The notes under the pieces: generated by a model
Told to the model about the DNA's origin: nothing
Database searches by the model: none
The model's input: the letters and a program-made list of their open reading frames with translations, nothing else
Shown here: positions 53,826 to 63,646 of the stretch, piece by piece
Layout: each line of letters opens with the position of its first letter
Position numbering within the stretch: position 1 is the first letter of the stretch
Made by a program: the position numbers and the translations under genes
Assembly (NCBI GenBank): GCA_017470935.1
Contig: JAFUXG010000055.1
Coordinates: 22,992-86,991, forward strand
Direction of reading: 5' to 3'
DNA: 64,000 bases
Origin: Lachnospiraceae bacterium
GTDB lineage: Bacteria > Bacillota > Clostridia > Lachnospirales > Lachnospiraceae

Positions 53826-54722
53826 ATGCTTCTTAGACAAATGCAGTTTTTTGTTTCAATCATAGATGAGAACAGCTTTACAGAAGCAGCTGAGAAAAAT
53901 TATGTGTCTCAGTCTGCTGTATCGCAGGCAATCAGTGCATTAGAGGCTGATCTTGGCGTTAAGCTTATTGAGCGTAAGAACAGAAGCTTTAAGATAACCG
54001 CAGCGGGTGAATATTTTTATAGAAAATGTAAGTCATTGCTATCGGATATTGACCACATTAGAAATGAGACAATACGACTGGGAAGTGATGAAGATAATTC
54101 ACTTAATATCGGATATATCAACCTATATTCGGGACCTGAACTATCGGAGGCAATTGCAGAATTTTCAGGTGTTTATCCTGATGTGGATATTTCTGTTAAA
54201 AGCGGAACTCATGAAGAATTGTATCACGGACTTGTGTCGGGAAACATTGACCTTGCACTTAATGATCAACGCAGAGCATTTTCGGATGATTATGTGAATC
54301 TGGAATTAAAGAATGCAGAATGCATAATTGAAATGTCGGAACGTTCGGAATTGTCTTCATGTAAAAGACTGGAGATTAGTGATCTTTCCAAAATGTCATG
54401 TATCATTGTATCATCAAAGGATCAGAGAAAAACCGAAGCGGAGTATTATAGAAATATCTTAGGTTTTACTAGTGATTTTCTCTATGCAGAATCGCAGGAA
54501 GAAGCAAGGCTTATGGTTACAGGCAATAGAGGATTCCTGCCCATTGAAGCTGTGGGCAGACTGCCGGAACTATCCGGATCAATAAAAAGAATACCGCTCT
54601 ATCGTAAAAAACGCAGAGTTACCAGAAAGTACTGTCTGTTTTGGCAGAAAGAAAAGACGGGATACTATATCGAGGAGTTTGCGCGCATATTGAAAAGCAG
54701 ACTTGAACAAGTGGATGCATAA
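53826..54722 (+). CDS. LysR-family transcriptional regulator
   Basis: HTH: MQFFVSIIDENSFTEAAEKNYVSQSAVSQAISALE. Start at the ATG at 53826. Confidence 0.85.
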   Translation: MLLRQMQFFVSIIDENSFTEAAEKNYVSQSAVSQAISALEADLGVKLIERKNRSFKITAAGEYFYRKCKSLLSDIDHIRNETIRLGSDEDNSLNIGYINLYSGPELSEAIAEFSGVYPDVDISVKSGTHEELYHGLVSGNIDLALNDQRRAFSDDYVNLELKNAECIIEMSERSELSSCKRLEISDLSKMSCIIVSSKDQRKTEAEYYRNILGFTSDFLYAESQEEARLMVTGNRGFLPIEAVGRLPELSGSIKRIPLYRKKRRVTRKYCLFWQKEKTGYYIEEFARILKSRLEQVDA

Positions 54723-54737
54723 GTAATACTTATCAAT

Positions 54738-54784
54738 AAGTGAAGAAAATCGAATTGAAGATTTTCTTCACTTATTTTATTTTA
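54738..54784 (+). terminator. Rho-independent terminator
   Basis: AAGTGAAGAAAATC / GATTTTCTTCACTT perfect 14-bp stem followed by ATTTTATTTTAT. Confidence 0.8.
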
Positions 54785-54789
54785 TATTT

Positions 54790-55158
54790 ATGAGGTTTTA
54801 TTCATAGAGAAAAGTAATAACCGGAATAATGATGGTAAGCCTTATGATGCTTGCGGGATGCGGTCAGTCAGGTAATGCTGATGTTATTAATGATACAGCC
54901 GGTACAGAGGCGGAAATAACCGTTGGTACAATAGGATTAGATGATAATGAGCAAATTGTTGATTCTGCAGAAAAGACATTGATTCCTTTTTCCACCCATG
55001 CTGGAAGCGGACTCTCGGGTTTTGATAGTAAGCTTTCGGCTGCCTGCACTGAGGCTTCCATAGGGACAGGGCTTGCAATAGCTGGAACAGATGCACAGAA
55101 TGATAAGGACAGTGTAAAGCAGAGTGTAGATGAGTGGCTGAATGGTCTGGGATATTAA
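54790..55158 (+). pseudogene. Degraded flavodoxin-like lipoprotein gene (in-frame stop in the signal peptide, central deletion)
   Basis: The ATG at 54790 is in frame with 54829 but interrupted by TAG at 54805-54807. Lipobox LAGCG. Only the C-terminal flavodoxin_4-like part (KTLIPFSTHAGSG...WLNGLGY) remains. Confidence 0.5.
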
Positions 55159-55178
55159 ATGTAAAACTTGGAGGTTAG

Positions 55179-56171
<993 letters not shown>

Positions 56172-56300
56172 TTTCGCATAAGTTACGCTTATCAAAAAGA
56201 CGAATAATTCGAATTGATGTTATCCTTGCAAATATATATAATTAGCTTAAAAGTAAGGATTGGTTATTAAATAATATAGGTAAAACAGGAGGCGCGGATA

Positions 56301-56726
56301 ATGAACAAAGAACAGTTTGACAAAGAAAACATTTTCGGTATTGGACAGCCCAATGATGCATTTGCGCAGTATTTTGTTGGTAATTCCTATCTGAATCCGT
56401 TGGTTGACCCGAAGACGACACCGATGTTTCTGGCAAATGTAACATTTGAGCCGGGATGCCGTAATAACTGGCATATCCATCGTGCCAAATCAGCAGGCGG
56501 CCAGATATTGATATGCATTGCAGGAAGCGGATGGTATCAGGAGGAAGGCAAAGAAGCGGTAGACCTTAAGCCGGGGACAGTTATTGTTATACCCGCAAAT
56601 GTGAAGCACTGGCATGGGGCTAAGAAGGACGAGTGGTTCTCACATATCGCATTGGAGGTGCCGGGAGAGGAATGTTCTACTGAGTGGTGTGAACCGGTAA
56701 GTGATGAAGATTACAATAAGCTGTAA
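56301..56726 (+). CDS. Cupin-domain protein
   Basis: NWHIH ... GWYQEEG ... PANVKHWHGA cupin metal motifs. Confidence 0.8.
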   Translation: MNKEQFDKENIFGIGQPNDAFAQYFVGNSYLNPLVDPKTTPMFLANVTFEPGCRNNWHIHRAKSAGGQILICIAGSGWYQEEGKEAVDLKPGTVIVIPANVKHWHGAKKDEWFSHIALEVPGEECSTEWCEPVSDEDYNKL

Positions 56727-56863
56727 CAGATAAACCACTTGGTATTTATGCAAAAAATTGATTTAAATAGAAAGATAAAGTCTGAGGATATTTCGGATAT
56801 CCTCGAAAACAGCGGAGAAAAAATAGGTATAGAGGTCAGATAACAGAAAGGAAGGTAATAAAA

Positions 56864-57691
56864 ATGGCGAGAACATGGTTGATTACAGGTGTATCAAGCG
56901 GCTTTGGCAATGAGATGACAAAGCAGCTTTTAGAGAAGGGTGACACGGTCATTGGAACCGTGAGAAATACAAATAAGGTAGAGGAACTGATTGAAAGGTA
57001 TCCTGATACTTTCGACTGCCAGATCCTTGATGTGACGGATCTGGAGCGTATTCATAGTTTTATTCCGGAGATGTTCAATAAACACGGAAAGATTGATGTT
57101 GTGGTAAATAATGCAGGCTATGGCCTGTTCGGTGCCGCTGAGGAATTAGATTATGATAACATCCAGAAGATACTTGACACTAACCTGACAGGACCAATCA
57201 TGATCATTCACGACAGTCTCCCGTTCCTTAGAAAGCAGGGCGGATGGCGTATCATTCAGCTCTCAAGCTATGGCGGACAGGTGGCTTTCCCGGCAAATTC
57301 CATGTATCATGCAACAAAGTTCGGAATTGAAGGGTTCTGTGAGTCTGTAGCACAGGAAGTTGCAAAGTATAACATCGGTATCACTATTGTTGAACCGGGC
57401 GGGGCAAGAACAGAGTTCAGATATGGCAGTGCACATGTAGCCAATCTGATGCCGGAGTATGATCATGTGCATGCCTTCTTAAATATGCTTGATCCTAAAA
57501 AAGGTTTGGCACCCGGAGATCCGGCAAAGATGGCAGCAAGGATGATAGAGAGTGTTGATAAGGAACCGGCACCTCTTCGTATGGTACTTGGTTCTCAGGC
57601 ACTTTCCGCAACTATCGAGAGACTGGAAGAGCGTGTTGCTGACTATAAGACACAGACGGAACTGGCAGCTTCAACAGATGTAGTAGAGTAA
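56864..57691 (+). CDS. SDR-family oxidoreductase
   Basis: TGVSSGFG cofactor motif, NNAG, catalytic YHATK. Confidence 0.9.
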   Translation: MARTWLITGVSSGFGNEMTKQLLEKGDTVIGTVRNTNKVEELIERYPDTFDCQILDVTDLERIHSFIPEMFNKHGKIDVVVNNAGYGLFGAAEELDYDNIQKILDTNLTGPIMIIHDSLPFLRKQGGWRIIQLSSYGGQVAFPANSMYHATKFGIEGFCESVAQEVAKYNIGITIVEPGGARTEFRYGSAHVANLMPEYDHVHAFLNMLDPKKGLAPGDPAKMAARMIESVDKEPAPLRMVLGSQALSATIERLEERVADYKTQTELAASTDVVE

Positions 57692-57761
57692 GGATACTAG
57701 TCGAACTTAGCGATTTAGTGCTTAGAGAGACTGCATCCGTAACAAAGTGAAGGAGGCAGGC

Positions 57762-58568
57762 ATGGCTATTACGGATTTTGCAAAAGAATATCATGAAAAA
57801 ATGTTTCCGGGATATGTGTCTAAGTTCTTAGAGACTGATCCTGAGTTTATTGAAAGGTTTGACAACTTTGCATTTGATGAAGTGATTCATATGCCGCTTC
57901 AAGAGGGATGGGAACCTATCAGTGATGTGACAAGGCATATGGCAATCCTTGCTGTTCTTATCGGCTGCCAGGGAATCGATGAGTTTAAGGCTATTGTTCC
58001 CGCAGCCATGGAATTTGGCGTGACACCAGTGCAGATCAAAGAGATCGTATATCAGGCAGTTGCATATCTTGGCATCGGCAGAGTATTCCCATACCTTAAA
58101 GCGGTCAACGAAGTGTTTGAGTCGAAAGGGATTTCACTTCCGCTTGAGCCACAGTCCACAACAGATGCAGCGGCAGATGATGACGGAGTGAATTCCAAAA
58201 ACCGGCGCGTTGCAGGTACGAAGGCGCAGGTGGATATTTTTGGGGATGGCATGAAGGAGTTTTATAAGAGTGGTTCTGAAGACAGCAGGCATATCAATTA
58301 CTGGTTGGCCGATAACTGTTTCGGAGATTATTACACAAGAGGCGGACTTACTCTTGCAGAAAGAGAACTTGTAACCTTCTGTTATATATATGCCCAGGGC
58401 GGATGCGAACCGCAGTTGGAAGGCCATACGGCAGCTAACTTCCGCATGGGGAACGACAGGGGAGTGCTTATTCAGGTGATATCACATTGCATTCCATTCA
58501 TCGGGTATCCGAGGACACTGAATGCACTTGCTGTGATCAATAAGGTTACAGATAAGCAGTCAAAATAA
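57762..58568 (+). CDS. Carboxymuconolactone decarboxylase (AhpD-like) family protein, two CMD repeats
   Basis: Start at the ATG after SD GAAGGAGG. Tandem CMD-like helical repeats. Confidence 0.7.
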   Translation: MAITDFAKEYHEKMFPGYVSKFLETDPEFIERFDNFAFDEVIHMPLQEGWEPISDVTRHMAILAVLIGCQGIDEFKAIVPAAMEFGVTPVQIKEIVYQAVAYLGIGRVFPYLKAVNEVFESKGISLPLEPQSTTDAAADDDGVNSKNRRVAGTKAQVDIFGDGMKEFYKSGSEDSRHINYWLADNCFGDYYTRGGLTLAERELVTFCYIYAQGGCEPQLEGHTAANFRMGNDRGVLIQVISHCIPFIGYPRTLNALAVINKVTDKQSK

Positions 58569-58579
58569 GGCGGTGTTGC

Positions 58580-58948
58580 ATGGACGAAAAGGAACTAATC
58601 AGAAGTGCTTATAAGAGAATGTATGACGGTATGATTGCAAAGAATGAAGAGATCCTTCGGGAAGTGTTGGATGACAGTTTCGTTCTCGTGCATATGACCG
58701 GTATGCGTCAGCCAAAGGAAGAGTTCATCAAAGCGGTATTGAATGGAACACTCAATTATTATTCTGCAGAACACGAGCATCTTCCTGTAGAAATAAGTGG
58801 GGATACAGCAGTTCTGACCGGGCAGTCATATGTGGCAGCTGCCGTCTTTGGCGGAGGCAGATCAAACTGGCACCTGCAACAAAAATGCAGCATGAAGAAA
58901 ATAGACGGTGAATGGAAGATTACACGAAGTGTGGCGTCAACATACTAA
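58580..58948 (+). CDS. NTF2-like (SnoaL/DUF4440-type) protein
   Basis: About 120 aa with the alpha+beta cone pattern. Ends in KIDGEWKITRS. Confidence 0.65.
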   Translation: MDEKELIRSAYKRMYDGMIAKNEEILREVLDDSFVLVHMTGMRQPKEEFIKAVLNGTLNYYSAEHEHLPVEISGDTAVLTGQSYVAAAVFGGGRSNWHLQQKCSMKKIDGEWKITRSVASTY

Positions 58949-59933
58949 GATAGGTGGTGCTTGCATTGAAAAAAGATTGATAGGAAATATAGAGGTATCA
59001 GAAGTTGGGATGGGATGTATGGCATTTTCACACGGATACGGTAAGATGCTGGATGAGAAGTACAGCATTGAAGCAATAAGAAATGCTTACGAACACGGAT
59101 GTACATTTTTTGATACGGCAGAGGTGTACAGTCTGAATCTTGCAGGGATAGGACATAACGAGCTGATTGTTGGAAAGGCTTTAAAGGAAGTACGTGAGAA
59201 TGTGGTAATTGCTACAAAACTGATGCCACGGGGAATGTCAATTCTTGGCGGCTCTATGTATAAGAAGGTTAAAGAGCACCTTATGGCTTCGCTTGACCGC
59301 CTGCAGACAGACTATGTGGATATCTATTATCTGCATAGAACGAATGGTGTATCTGTTGAAAAAGTGGCTGAGGCTATGGGAAGACTTATTGATGAAGGAC
59401 TTATACGTGGGTGGGGAATGTCGCAAGTTGATGTTGATGTGATTGACAGAGCACAGAAGATCACGCCACTTACTGCAATACAGAATATATATTCAATGGT
59501 GGAGAGGGATTCCGAATCAGAGATAATTCCATACTGTATGGAGAATGATATCGGTTTTGTACCATTTTCTCCAATAGCAAGTGGTCTGCTGTCAGGAAAG
59601 ATTACCACCGAGACTAAATTTGAGAAAAATGATGATGTGAGAAACTGGGTGCCTCAGCTTTCAAGATCAAATATCGCAGGAAATCAGCCGATTGTAGAGA
59701 TGCTGAAAGAGTTTGCAGAAAAGAAGAACGCAACCCCTGCCCAGATATCCCTTGCGTGGATGATCCATAAGTATCCAAATGTAGTCCCGATTCCGGGTTC
59801 TAAGAATAAGGAAAGAATCATAGAGAATCTTGATGCTTCCAAGGTGGAGTTGACGGAGGAAGAGTTTGGCACTCTTGAGGATTCTTTGAATGGACTTACA
59901 GTTTATGGACACAGAGGCCTGGGAGGATTTTAA
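58908..59933 (+). CDS. Aldo/keto reductase (start uncertain)
   Basis: VGMGCMAFS, DTAEVY, YVDIYYLHR, IPGSKNKERIIEN. The first ATG overlaps the upstream gene by 41 nt. An in-frame ATT at 58965 or TTG at 58977 downstream of AGGTGGTG may be the true start. Confidence 0.8.
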   Translation: MNGRLHEVWRQHTKIGGACIEKRLIGNIEVSEVGMGCMAFSHGYGKMLDEKYSIEAIRNAYEHGCTFFDTAEVYSLNLAGIGHNELIVGKALKEVRENVVIATKLMPRGMSILGGSMYKKVKEHLMASLDRLQTDYVDIYYLHRTNGVSVEKVAEAMGRLIDEGLIRGWGMSQVDVDVIDRAQKITPLTAIQNIYSMVERDSESEIIPYCMENDIGFVPFSPIASGLLSGKITTETKFEKNDDVRNWVPQLSRSNIAGNQPIVEMLKEFAEKKNATPAQISLAWMIHKYPNVVPIPGSKNKERIIENLDASKVELTEEEFGTLEDSLNGLTVYGHRGLGGF

Positions 59934-59960
59934 ACAAACCTCTGCACTTGACAAACAGAC

Positions 59961-60119
59961 CATAACGGTTCGCTGCAAGTCGAAGCTTCTACGTCCTGCG
60001 AACTTGAACCTTCGAGCAGCAGCTATGCATAAGTTCGATTACGAAAATCATAGATTTTCTATCTCACTTATATCGTATGGGCAGTTCTAATGTATCGCAA
60101 GCTCGACAAGAACTGCTCC
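59961..60119. repeat. Inverted, diverged copy of the 107-bp repeat unit (with about a 50-nt insertion)
   Basis: TATGGGCAGTTCTAATGTATCGCAAGCTCGACAAGAACTGCTCC is the reverse complement of 52113-52157 with a few changes. CTTCTACGTCCTGCGAACTTGAACC matches the second hairpin loop. Confidence 0.75.
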
Positions 60120-60161
60120 AAATGGTTCAATGAATACACAGACCCTATATTTTTAAATATA

Positions 60162-60201
60162 TTGACATTTTCTATATGTGTGTTAATATCTAAATATAGA
60201 A
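60162..60201 (+). promoter_or_regulatory. Promoter-like TTGACA plus inverted repeat TTCTATAT-N16-ATATAGAA (candidate ArsR operator)
   Basis: Read directly, 27 nt upstream of the arsR-like start. Confidence 0.45.
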
Positions 60202-60227
60202 ATTTTTCTATGAAAGGATGTTGAGAC

Positions 60228-60539
60228 ATGGAGCCGATATACAGAGATACTGCAAAACAGATGAAAGCACTTTCTGATGCAAAACGACTTAGAATAATAG
60301 ATATGCTGTCATGTGGTGAGCTTTGTGCCTGCAAAATATTAGAAAATTTCGATATTACGCAACCAACTCTTTCACATGATATGAAAGTGCTTGTAGAAGC
60401 AGGATTGGTAAAGGATAGACGTGATGGGAAAAACACGTATTATTCTCTTGATATGGCGGTGCTTAAGAGTCTGTCAGAAACCATGAATCATATCTTTCAT
60501 GAAAAGGCTGATTGTATATGTAAAGATAAAAAATCTTAA
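60228..60539 (+). CDS. arsR: ArsR/SmtB-family metalloregulator
   Basis: ELCACKILENFDITQPTLSHDMKVLVEAGLV (metal-site CxC plus wHTH). Precedes ACR3. Confidence 0.85.
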   Translation: MEPIYRDTAKQMKALSDAKRLRIIDMLSCGELCACKILENFDITQPTLSHDMKVLVEAGLVKDRRDGKNTYYSLDMAVLKSLSETMNHIFHEKADCICKDKKS

Positions 60540-60637
60540 GAAAAATGGATTTTATAGATGCTGATTGTAATATCAGCATTTTATAAAACATATCATATTG
60601 ATGTATTTCTATTATTCAATTTATGGAGGCTGTAAAA

Positions 60638-61672
60638 GTGAAAGACGTAAATAAAGGAATTAATTTTTTTCAAAGATACTTATCTATATGGGTATTTATG
60701 TGTATGGTTATAGGTGTGGGTATAGGGCATATTTTTCCGGTATTGATTCAATTTTTAAATAAATTGACGATTGCAGGCATATCTATACCGATTGCAATTT
60801 TGATATGGATAATGATTTATCCTATGATGATGAAGGTTGACTTTCAGAGTATTAGGCAGGTGAAAGATAATCCCAAGGGTTTATTTATAACATGGACCAC
60901 GAATTGGCTTATTAAACCTTTTACCATGTATGTTTTTGCTTATTTCTTCTTGTTTGTTGTCTTTAAAACATGGATACCGCAGGAATTTGCAACAGAGTAT
61001 CTTGCAGGTGCTGTTCTGCTTGGAGCTGCCCCATGTACAGCGATGGTATTTGTATGGAGTACATTAACAAACGGAAATCCTGCATATACTGTAGTACAGG
61101 TGGCAACAAATGACCTGATTATATTAGTGGCATTTGTGCCGATAGTAAAGTTTTTACTTGGTGTATCAAATGTAAGTGTTCCTTATAGTACACTGTTTGT
61201 CAGTATAACTATATTTGTTGTAATTCCTCTCATTGCAGGAGTATTAACAAGAGTTTATGTTGTTCATTCAAAAGGGTTGGATTATTTTGAAAACATATTC
61301 ATTCATAAGTTTGATAATGCTACTGTCTTAGGCTTGTTGTTAACACTTATTCTGATATTTGCTTCACAAGCGGAAGTGATACTGACAAATCCGATACACA
61401 TAATATTGATTGCAGTACCGCTGATTATCCAGACTTTTTTTATCTTTTTTGTAACATATGCTATGTGTAAGCTTTTTGGATTGTCATTTGATATTGCAGC
61501 TCCTGCATGCATGATCGGTGCATCAAATTTCTTTGAACTTGCAGTAGCGGTTGCGATTGCGTTGTTTGGAACAACAAGTCCGGCAGCTTTGGCAACTACC
61601 GTCGGAGTATTGACAGAGGTTCCTGTGATGTTAACTTTAGTTAAAATTGCGAATGGTTCGTCACTGACTTAA
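60638..61672 (+). CDS. acr3: ACR3-family arsenite efflux permease
   Basis: FFQRYLSIWVF N-terminus, AAPCTAMVFVW motif, 10 TM. GTG at 60638 is 8 nt after GGAGG; the ATG at 60623 is also possible. Confidence 0.85.
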   Translation: MKDVNKGINFFQRYLSIWVFMCMVIGVGIGHIFPVLIQFLNKLTIAGISIPIAILIWIMIYPMMMKVDFQSIRQVKDNPKGLFITWTTNWLIKPFTMYVFAYFFLFVVFKTWIPQEFATEYLAGAVLLGAAPCTAMVFVWSTLTNGNPAYTVVQVATNDLIILVAFVPIVKFLLGVSNVSVPYSTLFVSITIFVVIPLIAGVLTRVYVVHSKGLDYFENIFIHKFDNATVLGLLLTLILIFASQAEVILTNPIHIILIAVPLIIQTFFIFFVTYAMCKLFGLSFDIAAPACMIGASNFFELAVAVAIALFGTTSPAALATTVGVLTEVPVMLTLVKIANGSSLT

Positions 61673-62130
61673 GTGGTCATTCTCTGGACATCCTTCATTC
61701 TTGATCTGATTTTTCGCATATTGTCGGGTATATTTTCGGGAGCTGCTTTTTCGTGAATCGATAATGTACCGGCTTCTTTGGCAGTCTGATAGTACCAGAC
61801 CTTATAATCTACCGCATCAATACATTCTTTCAACTTTGTCATTTCTTCGGAAAGAACACGCTGTTTTTCCTGAAACATGGAGAGGCATTTATCAATGTTC
61901 TTATCGCCTTCTGCAAGCCAGCCCATATATTGGCGGATTTCGCTTATGCGCATGCCGCATTTCTTCATGCATTCGATCATGTAAAAGGTCTCTATATCCA
62001 CATCTCTAAACAGTCTGGTTCCATTAGAATCCCTTTCGATTGACGGAAACAGTCCCTCTTTGAGATAATAGCGGATGGTATAAGGCGTAAGACCAGTTTT
62101 TTCAGCAACTTCTTTGACAGTATAGAGCAT
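61669..62130 (-). CDS. MerR-family transcriptional regulator
   Basis: MLYTVKEVAEKTGLTPYTIRYY HTH. Start at the ATG after SD GGGAGG. Confidence 0.85.
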   Translation of the reverse strand: MLYTVKEVAEKTGLTPYTIRYYLKEGLFPSIERDSNGTRLFRDVDIETFYMIECMKKCGMRISEIRQYMGWLAEGDKNIDKCLSMFQEKQRVLSEEMTKLKECIDAVDYKVWYYQTAKEAGTLSIHEKAAPENIPDNMRKIRSRMKDVQRMTT

Positions 62131-62160
62131 TAGATAACCTCCCAAATTTCAAATTAAGTA

Positions 62161-62189
62161 TTGACTGATAGTTAACTATCAGGTATAAG
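62161..62189 (+). promoter_or_regulatory. MerR-type promoter/operator: TTGACT, palindrome CTGATAGTTAACTATCAG, TATAAG
   Basis: The perfect 18-bp palindrome (62165-62182) fills the spacer between the -35 and -10 like hexamers, between the divergent merR-like and flavoprotein genes. Confidence 0.6.
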
Positions 62190-62234
62190 ATAATTCTATT
62201 AAAAATAAATGTCAACTAATAAGGAGGATAAATT

Positions 62235-62858
62235 ATGGCAAAGGTGTTGTTTATAAATGGAAGTCCAAATGAAAACGGATGTGTATCAACAGCTATGGAT
62301 GAGGTGATCGGTGTTCTTGAAAAGAATGGAATTGACACTGAAAAGCTATGGCTGGGGAAAAAGGCTGTGCCTGACTGCATGGCGTGTATGAAATGTCAGG
62401 AAACAGGTAAATGTGTATTTCAGGATGAAGTAAATGAGATTGGAGCAAGAATCGACGAATTTGACGGAATAGTTATTGGTTCACCTGTATATTACGGCGG
62501 ACCGAATGGCAGACTCACATCTTTTCTTGACCGTCTGTTCTTCAGTGTACCTGGCAGTAAGTTTGCCGGAAAGCTTGGGGCATCCATTGTTTCCTGCAGA
62601 AGAGGCGGTGCAAGTGCAGCCTTTGAGCGTCTTAATCAGTATTTCCTCATGGAGAACATGCATGTGGTGAGTTCGCAGTACTGGAATCAGGTACATGGAT
62701 TTACCGCAGAGGATGTTAAAAAGGATGAAGAAGGACTTCAGACGATGCGGACACTGGGGCAGAATATTGCATGGCTTCTTAAGTCCATAGAGATCGGTGC
62801 AAAGAATGGAGTTGACAGACCGGTACATGAGGATAACATTTACACGAATTTTATATGA
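62235..62858 (+). CDS. Iron-sulfur flavoprotein (Isf)-like flavodoxin-fold / NAD(P)H-dependent FMN reductase
   Basis: VLFINGSPNENG FMN loop. Compact Cys motif CMACMKCQETGKC (CX2CX2CX5C). Confidence 0.8.
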   Translation: MAKVLFINGSPNENGCVSTAMDEVIGVLEKNGIDTEKLWLGKKAVPDCMACMKCQETGKCVFQDEVNEIGARIDEFDGIVIGSPVYYGGPNGRLTSFLDRLFFSVPGSKFAGKLGASIVSCRRGGASAAFERLNQYFLMENMHVVSSQYWNQVHGFTAEDVKKDEEGLQTMRTLGQNIAWLLKSIEIGAKNGVDRPVHEDNIYTNFI

Positions 62859-62996
62859 AAAAATGAGCAAAGTTGCGACCATGCTTGCATGAGTCGCAAT
62901 TTTGCGAAAAAAGCATGGAGACGCCAGTCGACATGAAAAAATGAGCAAAGTTGCGACCATGCTTGCATGAGTCGCAATTTTGCGAAAAAAGCATGG
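62855..62996. repeat. Two identical 64-nt hairpin-containing repeats, 78-bp period, starting at the stop codon of 62235-62858
   Basis: ATGAAAAAATGAGCAAAGTTGCGACCATGCTTGCATGAGTCGCAATTTTGCGAAAAAAGCATGG occurs at 62855-62918 and 62933-62996. Confidence 0.9.
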
Positions 62997-63270
62997 CATA
63001 TTATATCCGTTCATAGTCTTTCCCGAACTCTCGCAAGGGAAAAACAAGGGCACAAATCGTCCGGTGGATGATTGTTCTGTGCCGACTGTCGCAGTCATCC
63101 AGTGGATGACGGAATTGCGATGGAGAGGAGACAAGAAAATACGATAACATCAAATAACACAATATAATCTAACGATCAGAATTAAAGATATGCTCTTAAA
63201 CATAATGTAATAATAGCAAATAACAGCACAATAACAACCGCTATACAACGAAACGAAAGGACGGATAAAA

Positions 63271-63519
63271 ATGAGAATGATATATGCAACCTACAACGCA
63301 CAATACAACTGTATAGACGTGAACTTTTATGAGGGGGATATCCTGCGGATTGACTGTTATAAAGCAGAGGACGGACTTAACACAACACCAAACTCACAAT
63401 GCGCACTCAATGCACTTGCCCTTGATGATCCATTAGAATATGCACGATTGGTACTGAATAATGAAATGGCTGACTGGGTATGGGCGCAGGATAATCTGTT
63501 TACACTACCCTATGCCTAA
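63271..63519 (+). CDS. Small hypothetical protein
   Basis: 82 codons. SD GAAAGGA. No recognisable motif. Confidence 0.5.
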   Translation: MRMIYATYNAQYNCIDVNFYEGDILRIDCYKAEDGLNTTPNSQCALNALALDDPLEYARLVLNNEMADWVWAQDNLFTLPYA

Positions 63520-63538
63520 AATATCAAAAAGAGTATAT

Positions 63539-63580
63539 AATAACCGTCAATTCAAGCCATTTATTGAATTGACGGTTATT
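63539..63580. terminator. Perfect 17-bp-stem hairpin (likely terminator)
   Basis: AATAACCGTCAATTCAA / TTGAATTGACGGTTATT with an 8-nt loop. Flanking tracts are only moderately T-rich. Confidence 0.5.
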
Positions 63581-63646
63581 ATTGTCTATGTTAAAATCAG
63601 CTCAAAGATATAATCATACAAAGAGAAAACGAGGTGATGTATATAC

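Noticed and set aside
62481-63134. A 217-aa minus-strand ORF
   Set aside because: It runs antisense through the Isf-like flavoprotein gene and straight across the two tandem hairpin repeats, giving a duplicated peptide segment. It has no RBS. It is an artefact of the repeats.
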